From the IMG/VR virus record IMGVR_UViG_3300045988_184596, positions 1-38,785 of that record: a stretch of 38,785 nt of DNA; one strand, written 5' to 3'. The notes under the pieces were generated by a model. That model did no database searches, was not told where the DNA came from, and saw only the letters and a program-made list of their open reading frames with translations. Position numbers and translations under genes: made by a program. Position 1 is the first letter of the stretch; every line of letters starts with the position of its first letter. Shown here in pieces: positions 25,713 through 32,356 of the stretch. Origin of the DNA: a virus.

Positions 25713-25737
25713 AAAAGAACCGAGACAAACGCTCGGT
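25713..25737 (-). terminator. terminator downstream of the tRNA
   Basis: Minus strand ACCGAG-CGTTTGT-CTCGGT followed by TCTTTT. Confidence 0.6.
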
Positions 25738-25819
25738 AATATATCAAAGCCTACTTGTATGCAATTGTTGGTATTTAACATCTAATTTGGGAAGGACTTA
25801 CTGATAGGCTTTGTAATCA

Positions 25820-25895
25820 TGGTTGCAGGAGAAGGATTTGCACCATTCGACCTCTAGCTAATAAGACTAGTGAGCTACTACTGCTCTATCCTGCT
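25820..25895 (-). tRNA. initiator-like tRNA with anticodon UAU (reads AUA), CCA encoded
   Basis: Hand-folded cloverleaf: AGCAGGA-TA-GAGC-AGTAGTA-GCTC-A-CTAGT-CTTATTA-GCTAG-AGGTC-GAA(T)GG-TGCAAAT-CCTTC-TCCTGCA-A-CCA. See findings for its initiator-like and atypical features. Confidence 0.7.
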
Positions 25896-25901
25896 AAAAC
25901 A

Positions 25902-25910
25902 ATTATTACA
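25902..25910 (-). promoter_or_regulatory. candidate extended -10 (TGTAATAAT) for the tRNA
   Basis: Hexamer AATAAT ends 6 nt upstream of tRNA position 1. Confidence 0.35.
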
Positions 25911-25912
25911 TG

Positions 25913-25934
25913 AAAAAATGCTCACATTGTGAGC
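25913..25934 (-). terminator. terminator at the end of the early operon
   Basis: Minus strand GCTCAC-AAT-GTGAGC followed by ATTTTTT. Overlaps the stop of 25922..26248. Confidence 0.55.
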
Positions 25935-26248
25935 ACTTTCTTTAAGCTCTTATTTATTTTTCTTGGAATCTCTTCTCGAGCATAACCTACAATATTAGAT
26001 GTCTTTTCTGCACTGAATCCCTTTATATATCTATACTCAATCATTGTACGAGTTGTATCATCAAGTTGGCTTAATTTATCTTTTACATAATTCATTCTTC
26101 TTGCATAATCTGCATGAGCCAAGAATAGCTCGGCTTTTAAAGGATAAATAGCTTCATCCCTTTGTAGCTCTGCTATCTTTTGCTCATAATATGTGTATGA
26201 TTGACATTCGCACAAAAAGTGTCTCTTAATATCTTCATATGTGCTCAT
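25922..26248 (-). CDS. ArpU/RinA-like late-gene transcriptional regulator (sigma region-4-like)
   Basis: 108 aa. TRTMIEYRYIKGFSAEKTSNIVGYAREEIPRKINKSLKK. Last gene of the early block. Confidence 0.5.
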   Translation of the reverse strand: MSTYEDIKRHFLCECQSYTYYEQKIAELQRDEAIYPLKAELFLAHADYARRMNYVKDKLSQLDDTTRTMIEYRYIKGFSAEKTSNIVGYAREEIPRKINKSLKKVLTM

Positions 26249-26448
26249 GATGTATACATCCTTATTAATCTATCTTCTAATTCGCCAACTTTATTCTTTA
26301 ATTTATTAATTTCATGTGTTTGATTATTAATTGTTTCATTTCTTTCTTTTAAAATCTGATTAAGCTTAATATTCGCCCTTCCAAGTCTATTGTTTTTAGA
26401 AATTAACTCTTTAATCCTTTCTTCATAATTCATTTCTATTAAAACCAC
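26245..26448 (-). CDS. hypothetical coiled-coil protein (start ambiguous: GTG 26446, ATA 26437, ATG 26431)
   Basis: GGAGGTG overlaps the GTG. The ATA is 6 nt and the ATG 12 nt after the SD. Confidence 0.5.
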   Translation of the reverse strand: MVLIEMNYEERIKELISKNNRLGRANIKLNQILKERNETINNQTHEINKLKNKVGELEDRLIRMYTS

Positions 26449-26451
26449 CTC

Positions 26452-26934
26452 CTAAAATGGTAAATCATCTGAAGCAATATCTAAATCACTTCCATCATTA
26501 TATTCTTGTTGCGCAATTTGTTGTGTTAAGCTTGGTTGCGTATATGTGTTTTGAACGCCGTAAGTGTTGTTATTCACTTGATATGGTTGTTGGTATGTAT
26601 TTACATTAGGATTGTAATTCTGCCCATTAGAAGCGTTTTTAGGTGGCAATTGCACGTTATAAGCTACAATCTCAGTAATGTAAACTTTTTGCCCTTGTTG
26701 ATTCTCATAATTTCTAACACTGATTCTTCCTTCTACTGTAACTAAATCACCTTTCTTGCAATACATATTTACAATATCGGCTAATTTATTCCATGCTACG
26801 CAATTAATAAAATCTGTATTATCATTGATTCCATTTACTGCTACTGTAAATTTTGCTACGCTATTTCCTTTTTGTGTTTTAGACAACTCAATATCTTTAG
26901 TTAAGTGTCCTGCTATTACTGCTACATTAATCAT
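26452..26934 (-). CDS. ssb: single-stranded DNA-binding protein
   Basis: OB-fold N-terminus MINVAVIAGHLTKDIEL, Q/N/Y-rich linker, C-terminal DDLPF tip. Confidence 0.9.
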   Translation of the reverse strand: MINVAVIAGHLTKDIELSKTQKGNSVAKFTVAVNGINDNTDFINCVAWNKLADIVNMYCKKGDLVTVEGRISVRNYENQQGQKVYITEIVAYNVQLPPKNASNGQNYNPNVNTYQQPYQVNNNTYGVQNTYTQPSLTQQIAQQEYNDGSDLDIASDDLPF

Positions 26935-26948
26935 TTTCTACCTCTTTT

Positions 26949-27560
26949 CTATCTTTTAATTACCTCGCAATTGTCTAAGATTTCACGAATTGGAATATTT
27001 GTATCAACGTCTTTAAAATATCCCTTTTCACGCATTTTAAACAAATGTGTTTGATTTGCAATGTTATTATACGTTTTATAATCTTTATGCACGCTTAACA
27101 AATCATACTCAAATTGAGTTAGCTTATATTTTGGCTTTTCATATGGTTTGTTTAACCATTCTTTAATCTTTTCACTGCATCCATATCCTGTACTAAATCC
27201 ACACTCTCTACAACTAACATCACTGCATTGACAAGGCTTTCCGTCGACTAGTGCAAAAGAGTAGCCGGAATTTTCTATGATTTCATCCTTGTAATGCTCG
27301 AAATTAGTTTCTTGCTTTTCATCTTCTAACCAACCTAATTCTTCCATTTGCTTTTGAACTGCTTCGAACTCATCTAGTGTAATACTATGAGCCGTTGACT
27401 GAAAACTTGGGGAAAAACAATATCTTGAGTAAAATCTCTTTGTCTCAATAAGAAAATAGAAATCTATATGACCACAATCTTCTTTTGAATACTCTATGGA
27501 ATCATTGTGTTCCACTTTTAATGAATAACCTAATTCTTCAAACATTTCTCTAGCGTTCAT
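26949..27560 (-). CDS. hypothetical protein, paralogous N-terminal domain plus a Cys-rich region
   Basis: GGGGTGGATATA then ATG at 27558-27560. MNAREMFEELGY..., CQCSDVSCRECGFSTGYGC. Confidence 0.55.
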   Translation of the reverse strand: MNAREMFEELGYSLKVEHNDSIEYSKEDCGHIDFYFLIETKRFYSRYCFSPSFQSTAHSITLDEFEAVQKQMEELGWLEDEKQETNFEHYKDEIIENSGYSFALVDGKPCQCSDVSCRECGFSTGYGCSEKIKEWLNKPYEKPKYKLTQFEYDLLSVHKDYKTYNNIANQTHLFKMREKGYFKDVDTNIPIREILDNCEVIKR

Positions 27561-27793
27561 TATATCCACCCCAATTCTTCAACCTGTTTGTTAACTGCTT
27601 TTAATGTATCTATATCAAACTCGTAAGGAGCAGTAAACGGATAATCTCCGTATTTTGAATCAAAATATCTAAACATTATTGAAAATGTAATAATTTTATC
27701 AATACCATCATCGGCTTTTTTATACTTAATAAAATAGCCGTCATTTCTTATTTGCTCAAACCCTAACTCTTTGAACATTTCTCTAGCGTTCAT
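27560..27793 (-). CDS. hypothetical protein, paralogue of the 26949..27560 N-terminal domain
   Basis: MNAREMFKELGF... and ...LKAVNKQVEELGW match MNAREMFEELGY... and ...FEAVQKQMEELGW. Confidence 0.55.
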   Translation of the reverse strand: MNAREMFKELGFEQIRNDGYFIKYKKADDGIDKIITFSIMFRYFDSKYGDYPFTAPYEFDIDTLKAVNKQVEELGWI

Positions 27794-28088
27794 CTTCATT
27801 CTCTCCTTCTAACTTCTGCCCACAGAATGGACAACGAGGGTAATATTTGTTTCCATTATAAGTTGGAATAGGCACAACTCCATGCTCGCAATTTGGACAA
27901 CATAACATCAAATCACCGCATGGACCAATTTCAATATCTATTGGTTTCTTTGGTGTTTCTTTATCCGTGAGATTCTCCAACAATCGAAAATATAACTTGG
28001 CACGGTCAGTCTCTTCTATCCCTGCTACATCACATGTAACTTGATATTCTTTTTCAAGAACTTGCAACACTTTTTGATATTCATTCAT
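27783..28088 (-). CDS. zinc-ribbon protein
   Basis: CCPNC ... CPFC pairs. Confidence 0.5.
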   Translation of the reverse strand: MNEYQKVLQVLEKEYQVTCDVAGIEETDRAKLYFRLLENLTDKETPKKPIDIEIGPCGDLMLCCPNCEHGVVPIPTYNGNKYYPRCPFCGQKLEGENEDER

Positions 28089-28347
28089 ACGCTTTTATCT
28101 CCCTCTTTAATTCGTCAATAGCTTTCTTAACATCCTTTAAATCCATATCAAAGTTGCTAACTAAATCTGCCATACGATTGTTAGAATAGCTCTGTAAAGC
28201 CGATTCTAGCGTTGTATGGTATGAGATAGGCTTTTGTACGTCTATCTCATTTCCTTCTTTATCCTTACCATTTACGAACGTTACAAGGGCGAATGAACCA
28301 CTGCTAGAAGTGATTGCATAATTGTTTTGTAATCTAATCATTTTCAT
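28081..28347 (-). CDS. hypothetical protein
   Basis: Tiles with neighbours on the early strand. AAAAGGAGA before the ATG. Confidence 0.5.
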   Translation of the reverse strand: MKMIRLQNNYAITSSSGSFALVTFVNGKDKEGNEIDVQKPISYHTTLESALQSYSNNRMADLVSNFDMDLKDVKKAIDELKREIKAYE

Positions 28348-28354
28348 TCTCCTT

Positions 28355-28654
28355 TTAACTCATTAATTTATTTTTGTAACGATTATCCAATTCTTCCATA
28401 ACATGCTTTCCACCATATAGTTTCGATGCGTAAACAATATAGTCTAATTCATCTAGCATACTGTTCATCAAATCTTTATTGGTACAGACAAATTTAATAT
28501 TCTTTTGCAAAGATAAATAAGTTTGCTCAATTTGTTTATCGATTTCAGAAGCACTGCTTTTATCTAATCTGATAAAAGTATTTATTTTTATAGTATCTTC
28601 TCTTTGCTTTTTTCTTTCCTTTTCTAAGTTTTTTTTCAATTCTTTATTATTCAT
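28355..28654 (-). CDS. hypothetical protein
   Basis: Tiles with neighbours. ATGA overlap upstream. Confidence 0.5.
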   Translation of the reverse strand: MNNKELKKNLEKERKKQREDTIKINTFIRLDKSSASEIDKQIEQTYLSLQKNIKFVCTNKDLMNSMLDELDYIVYASKLYGGKHVMEELDNRYKNKLMS

Positions 28655-28893
28655 TTTCTTTCTCCTGTCTTTGCGTATTCTAGAAATTTAATAAATGATT
28701 CATACATTTCTATTTCATCATCAAAGCTTAAAATACATCTAGCATATTTTTCGATAAAAATGTTTGAATTTCCATTAAGCTCTCCAATTAAACTGCGCTT
28801 ATAGCCTTCTTTTTCTCCTTTACACCAATTTATTTTGCGATTATATAATTTAATCAGTTCATCAATTCTTTCTTCAATCCTTGTTTTAATCAT
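28651..28893 (-). CDS. hypothetical protein
   Basis: Tiles with neighbours. ATGA overlap. Confidence 0.5.
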   Translation of the reverse strand: MIKTRIEERIDELIKLYNRKINWCKGEKEGYKRSLIGELNGNSNIFIEKYARCILSFDDEIEMYESFIKFLEYAKTGERK

Positions 28894-29177
28894 TGTTCTT
28901 GCTCCTTTAGTTTTTTAACAAATTCATCAGTTTCTTTTTTGATTTGTACCATTTTCTTTAGTTTCCTCAAGCTTGCGTTTTGCTTTTTTCTTAGCTCTTT
29001 TTCGATTTTTTCTTGTTCTTTTTTTGAATCATCCTCAAATATTTGATTCCATACCTCATTAATCTTTTTTTCGTATTCTTCTTTTGATACGTACTTAATC
29101 GGCTTACCATTAAATGCACTTGGACGCAATGTGAATCCGTACTTTTGTTTTATTTCTTCTAAATCTTTATCTGTCAT
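28890..29177 (-). CDS. hypothetical lysine-rich protein
   Basis: Tiles with neighbours. Confidence 0.5.
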   Translation of the reverse strand: MTDKDLEEIKQKYGFTLRPSAFNGKPIKYVSKEEYEKKINEVWNQIFEDDSKKEQEKIEKELRKKQNASLRKLKKMVQIKKETDEFVKKLKEQEQ

Positions 29178-29382
29178 TTTTATTCTTTATCCTTTCATCA
29201 ACTTTTTCTAAGCAATATTCCGTACAATTATCGTATTTTAAACATTTGCCAAGCTTATACGCTACACATTTATTTTGTAAGCATTTATGGAGTACTGGTC
29301 TTGTGAAATTTCCTTGACCATATACAATTGGCACAACTTCTTCTTTTGAAGTTAAATCAGGACAAAATTTAATCATCTTCAT
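29167..29382 (-). CDS. hypothetical Cys-rich small protein
   Basis: 71 aa with seven Cys. Confidence 0.45.
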   Translation of the reverse strand: MKMIKFCPDLTSKEEVVPIVYGQGNFTRPVLHKCLQNKCVAYKLGKCLKYDNCTEYCLEKVDERIKNKNDR

Positions 29383-29743
29383 CTTTTCTTTCTTTCTCTT
29401 TTACTAATTCTTCATATTTATCGAGTATAAATGCATCCATTTCTTGCTTTGTGAAACCTAGTTTTAATAATTCATCTTTACAATTCATTCCATAATTCCA
29501 TATATCATCACTCAATAATTCCTCTAGTGAATCATTATTAACATCTATATATTTACATCTGTATTCTAAGATGTATTGTTTATACTGCTCTATTTTTTCT
29601 GCCAAATCATTTATTTCTTTTTTGGCTTGTGCAACATCTTCACTATGTGATTCTTGCTCATCTTTTAGTTCTCTTTTTAAGTGCTCACTATTAAATTTCA
29701 ATATGTCATATTCTCTCAATGACATTTGCACAAAACTTTCCAT
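29369..29743 (-). CDS. hypothetical acidic protein
   Basis: Tiles with neighbours. TAATG overlap with 29743..29913. Confidence 0.5.
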   Translation of the reverse strand: MESFVQMSLREYDILKFNSEHLKRELKDEQESHSEDVAQAKKEINDLAEKIEQYKQYILEYRCKYIDVNNDSLEELLSDDIWNYGMNCKDELLKLGFTKQEMDAFILDKYEELVKEKERKDEDD

Positions 29744-29913
29744 TAAAAGTCATCCTCCTTTGGCGGTAAGCATCTAACTACTAAACCACTTTGAAGAAAA
29801 TCTCTAATCATGTCTTCGTATTCTTCTTTTGTAAATTTATTCAAATCAATATCAAATGGCATAATTTTACATCCATATTTCCTATTTATTTCATGATATT
29901 CTTCAAATGTCAT
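29743..29913 (-). CDS. hypothetical 56-aa protein
   Basis: My translation: MTFEEYHEINRKYGCKIMPFDIDLNKFTKEEYEDMIRDFLQSGLVVRCLPPKEDDF. ATGA overlap with 29910..30149. Confidence 0.45.
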   Translation of the reverse strand: MTFEEYHEINRKYGCKIMPFDIDLNKFTKEEYEDMIRDFLQSGLVVRCLPPKEDDF

Positions 29914-30149
29914 ACCTCAACATCCTCATCTTGTGGCATTTGGAATGTTTCACCGTATGAACATTCGTACCATTCTTGAATATCGTTTAAAACTGATAAA
30001 GCTTTATATTTAGCAGTATATGTACCTAAACTAACGCTTATACCACTTTTGCCACTTAATGTAATCACTGCATATTTAACGCCGTGTTCTTCAATTGCGA
30101 AAAAGTCGCAATCCATTAAAATTTTTCCATCTTGGCTTCTAATCCACAT
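29910..30149 (-). CDS. hypothetical protein
   Basis: 79-aa ORF filling the gap. Confidence 0.5.
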   Translation of the reverse strand: MWIRSQDGKILMDCDFFAIEEHGVKYAVITLSGKSGISVSLGTYTAKYKALSVLNDIQEWYECSYGETFQMPQDEDVEV

Positions 30150-30151
30150 GC

Positions 30152-30667
30152 CTAGTACCCACTTTCTAGTCTTTGATAGTTGATTTTATTCTTTTCGCAA
30201 TAAGCTTCATATACTTGTTCAATTGTGAATCCAATATATTCAGTGATTGCGATTAATGGTTCTGCTTTCCACAACGAAAAACTTGCTAAATCTGCTAATT
30301 TTATAACAATACCATTTCTACATCCTTCGATTGACCACCGATTTTCGTCAACTTTTTTCATTGTTTGTTCACATGTTAGCAATCCTTCTTTACCACCATT
30401 AAAGTTGTTTTGCCAACTTAATACAAAATGCCAAATATCAACTAACTCACCTAAAACTTTTTTATCGTCAACAGGTGCTTGAGTCTTTTTCCACCAACAC
30501 CAATTCCCTTTAAGCTCGTGTGTTAACTCTCCTACTTCATCAAGGATTGCGAAACTCAACTTCTCTTCATCAATTTCAGTTAATCCATATTCGCTCATGA
30601 TTGATTTATCTAATTCTGCTTGCTTATGTAACATTTCTTTAATCAATTCAAATTCTTTACTTGTCAT
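30152..30667 (-). CDS. dimeric (all-alpha) dUTPase / MazG-like NTP pyrophosphohydrolase
   Basis: LDEVGELTHELKGNWCWWKK ... ELVDIWHFVLS matches the dUTPase_2 motif pattern. Confidence 0.6.
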   Translation of the reverse strand: MTSKEFELIKEMLHKQAELDKSIMSEYGLTEIDEEKLSFAILDEVGELTHELKGNWCWWKKTQAPVDDKKVLGELVDIWHFVLSWQNNFNGGKEGLLTCEQTMKKVDENRWSIEGCRNGIVIKLADLASFSLWKAEPLIAITEYIGFTIEQVYEAYCEKNKINYQRLESGY

Positions 30668-30680
30668 TTGTTATCTCCTT

Positions 30681-30938
30681 TTATAATTCAATATTTTCAA
30701 TCAATGCTCTTTTTTCGAGGATTGATAAATATAATCCCATGTACCTTTTCTGCTCCCTTAGTAATTCAAGTGGGCAATCATGCTTAGTTACTTCTTTCCC
30801 AAGCATTTCTTCAACTTCAATTTTGTTGCAGAAATTCTTCAATTTCTCATATCTGATTTTTACTTGGCGATATTCTGCTACAAATCTTTCTTTGTAATCG
30901 CTTGAACACATTAATTCAATTGTTTCTTTTAATTCCAT
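30681..30938 (-). CDS. hypothetical protein
   Basis: AAAAAGGAGAAAAACAAC then ATG. Confidence 0.5.
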   Translation of the reverse strand: MELKETIELMCSSDYKERFVAEYRQVKIRYEKLKNFCNKIEVEEMLGKEVTKHDCPLELLREQKRYMGLYLSILEKRALIENIEL

Positions 30939-30975
30939 GTTGTTTTTCTCCTTTTTCTAACATCATTTAATCCAT

Positions 30976-31233
30976 TTATTTCACTTCATCAAAGTCCGAA
31001 TAATATTCAACGCTTACGACTTCACCGTGCTTTGTCTGTAATTCTATGATTCTTTTTTCTAGCTCTTTGTTTTGATATTCAAGTGTTCTGATTCTTCTTC
31101 TGTATTCTTCGTATTTAAAAATACATTTACAAGCTTTGTCTTGTTCTTCTTGAATCCTTTTTCCTACCATTAGGCTATATAGAAGAAGTGTTGCACCACT
31201 TCCACATATAGCTCCACAAATCCAATTAATCAT
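30976..31233 (-). CDS. small N-terminally membrane-anchored coiled-coil protein
   Basis: WICGAICGSGATLLLYSLMV TM segment. GAGAGGTGAATAA before the ATG. Confidence 0.5.
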   Translation of the reverse strand: MINWICGAICGSGATLLLYSLMVGKRIQEEQDKACKCIFKYEEYRRRIRTLEYQNKELEKRIIELQTKHGEVVSVEYYSDFDEVK

Positions 31234-31245
31234 TTATTCACCTCT

Positions 31246-31977
31246 CTACGCTCTTAATATTTCTTTCCTTACTCGTTCCATTTCTTTCTGTACATCTGCA
31301 TACGATTGATTGCTTTCTTGTGCATAGAATTTAGAATCAAGTTTAACAGGATTGTTCTTATTTCTTTTCATCCATTCATCATGTACCCACTTTTGAATCA
31401 CTAGTGAATGGTTCTTATATTTCTTTCCACTCGTTTCAATATATTCATCTAATATCTTTATATGCTCATCTAATGAATCACCATATAAATCTAATAGGTG
31501 TGTGTGTTCTTTATCTGTAAGTAACACGTGTTGAAATTCTCCGTATTTATGTTTGTGCGTACATACATTAATATTATTTTTATTTAATTCATTTTTAGTT
31601 GAATTATTATTTAATTTAATAGGGTTTAGATTTTCTAATTTTAGATTTTCTATTTTTAGATTTTCTATTTTTAGATTTTCTAAATTCCGAGGATTGTCTA
31701 TTAATGTATATTGCCAATCAACAATTAAATTACCTTCTCTAATAGGTTCACGAATTAAATATCCTTTATTCATTAATTCTTTTAAACCGGAACGAACACT
31801 TGATATTCCATCTGTAGCTAATGCTTTAATACTGTTTTCCTTAAAGTCCCAATTATCCGGAAGGCTTAACATTTGGCAAAACAAGCCTTTTGCTTTATAG
31901 GATAGTTCTCTATCGTGAAATATTTCATTGTTAACGTGTGTATACCCACTTTGTAGGCTTTTCTTTAGTTCTGCTAT
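31246..31977 (-). CDS. replication initiator / replisome organiser (DnaD-like winged helix N-terminus); proposed ATA start at 31975-31977
   Basis: N-terminus ..GYTHVNNEIFHDRELSYKAKGLFCQMLSLPDNWDF.. is typical. GGGGGTG overlaps the ORF-track GTG. ATA GCA lies 6 nt after the SD and 1 nt after the RusA stop. Confidence 0.65.
   Translation of the reverse strand: MAELKKSLQSGYTHVNNEIFHDRELSYKAKGLFCQMLSLPDNWDFKENSIKALATDGISSVRSGLKELMNKGYLIREPIREGNLIVDWQYTLIDNPRNLENLKIENLKIENLKLENLNPIKLNNNSTKNELNKNNINVCTHKHKYGEFQHVLLTDKEHTHLLDLYGDSLDEHIKILDEYIETSGKKYKNHSLVIQKWVHDEWMKRNKNNPVKLDSKFYAQESNQSYADVQKEMERVRKEILRA
31626..31685. repeat. four tandem 15-bp iterons (TTAGATTTTCTAWWT) inside the initiator gene; candidate origin
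   Basis: Direct reading. Translated as ENLKIENLKIENLKLENL. Flanked by an AT-rich stretch at 31561-31625. Confidence 0.75.
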
Positions 31978-31978
31978 T

Positions 31979-32356
31979 CTAATCACCCCCTAGAATTTCT
32001 ACCTCTATTCTTGGATTTTGTTTATCTGTAAATACTGAATGATTCACTTGATTAATGTATTTCCTTGAATCATCCTCAAGTATTCCTGTTCTAACTAATG
32101 AATCTTGAATGAATTTAGTTGCAAATGTTACGTTATCAACATCACGCCTTGAATTCGGTTCATACCAATTAATATTTAATTTAATTGGGTATTTTTTTAC
32201 TTCGTAAACCTCGCCAAAGTTTACTGCCTGTAAGATATAAGCCATAACTAATCGCTCATTCTTTTTCTTCATTTCTGCTCCTTTGTAACGATTTGTTCTG
32301 CAAGCATTAATATATTCATTCAATCCATCTAGTTTTCCTTTAATTACAAATTTTAT
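31979..32356 (-). CDS. rusA: RusA-family Holliday junction resolvase; proposed ATA start at 32354-32356
   Basis: ..LNEYINACRTNRYKGAEMKKK.. and ..RRDVDNV...ILEDDSRKY.. motifs. The conserved first strand KFVIKGKLDG lies upstream of the ORF-track TTG. AAGGTGGA, 5 nt, then ATA. Confidence 0.7.
   Translation of the reverse strand: MKFVIKGKLDGLNEYINACRTNRYKGAEMKKKNERLVMAYILQAVNFGEVYEVKKYPIKLNINWYEPNSRRDVDNVTFATKFIQDSLVRTGILEDDSRKYINQVNHSVFTDKQNPRIEVEILGGD

Noticed and set aside
25695-25781. N-terminal extension of the ParB-like ORF (ORF-track start at 25781).
   Set aside because: The extension runs through the terminator hairpin at 25713-25737. A strong AAGGAGGAGAAT-ATG at 25692-25694 gives the conserved LKPYENNPR N-terminus.
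25738-25819. A possible second tRNA or tRNA-like gene in the trailer after the tRNA, suggested by the 8-bp closing stem AAAGCCTA/TAGGCTTT.
   Set aside because: I could not fold D, anticodon or T arms inside the 67-nt stem-enclosed segment, and there is no GTTC-like loop. Kept only as a structured trailer.
31626-31685. A CRISPR-like or minisatellite array.
   Set aside because: There are only four contiguous 15-bp units with no spacers. They are maintained in frame within the initiator gene, so they are interpreted as iterons.
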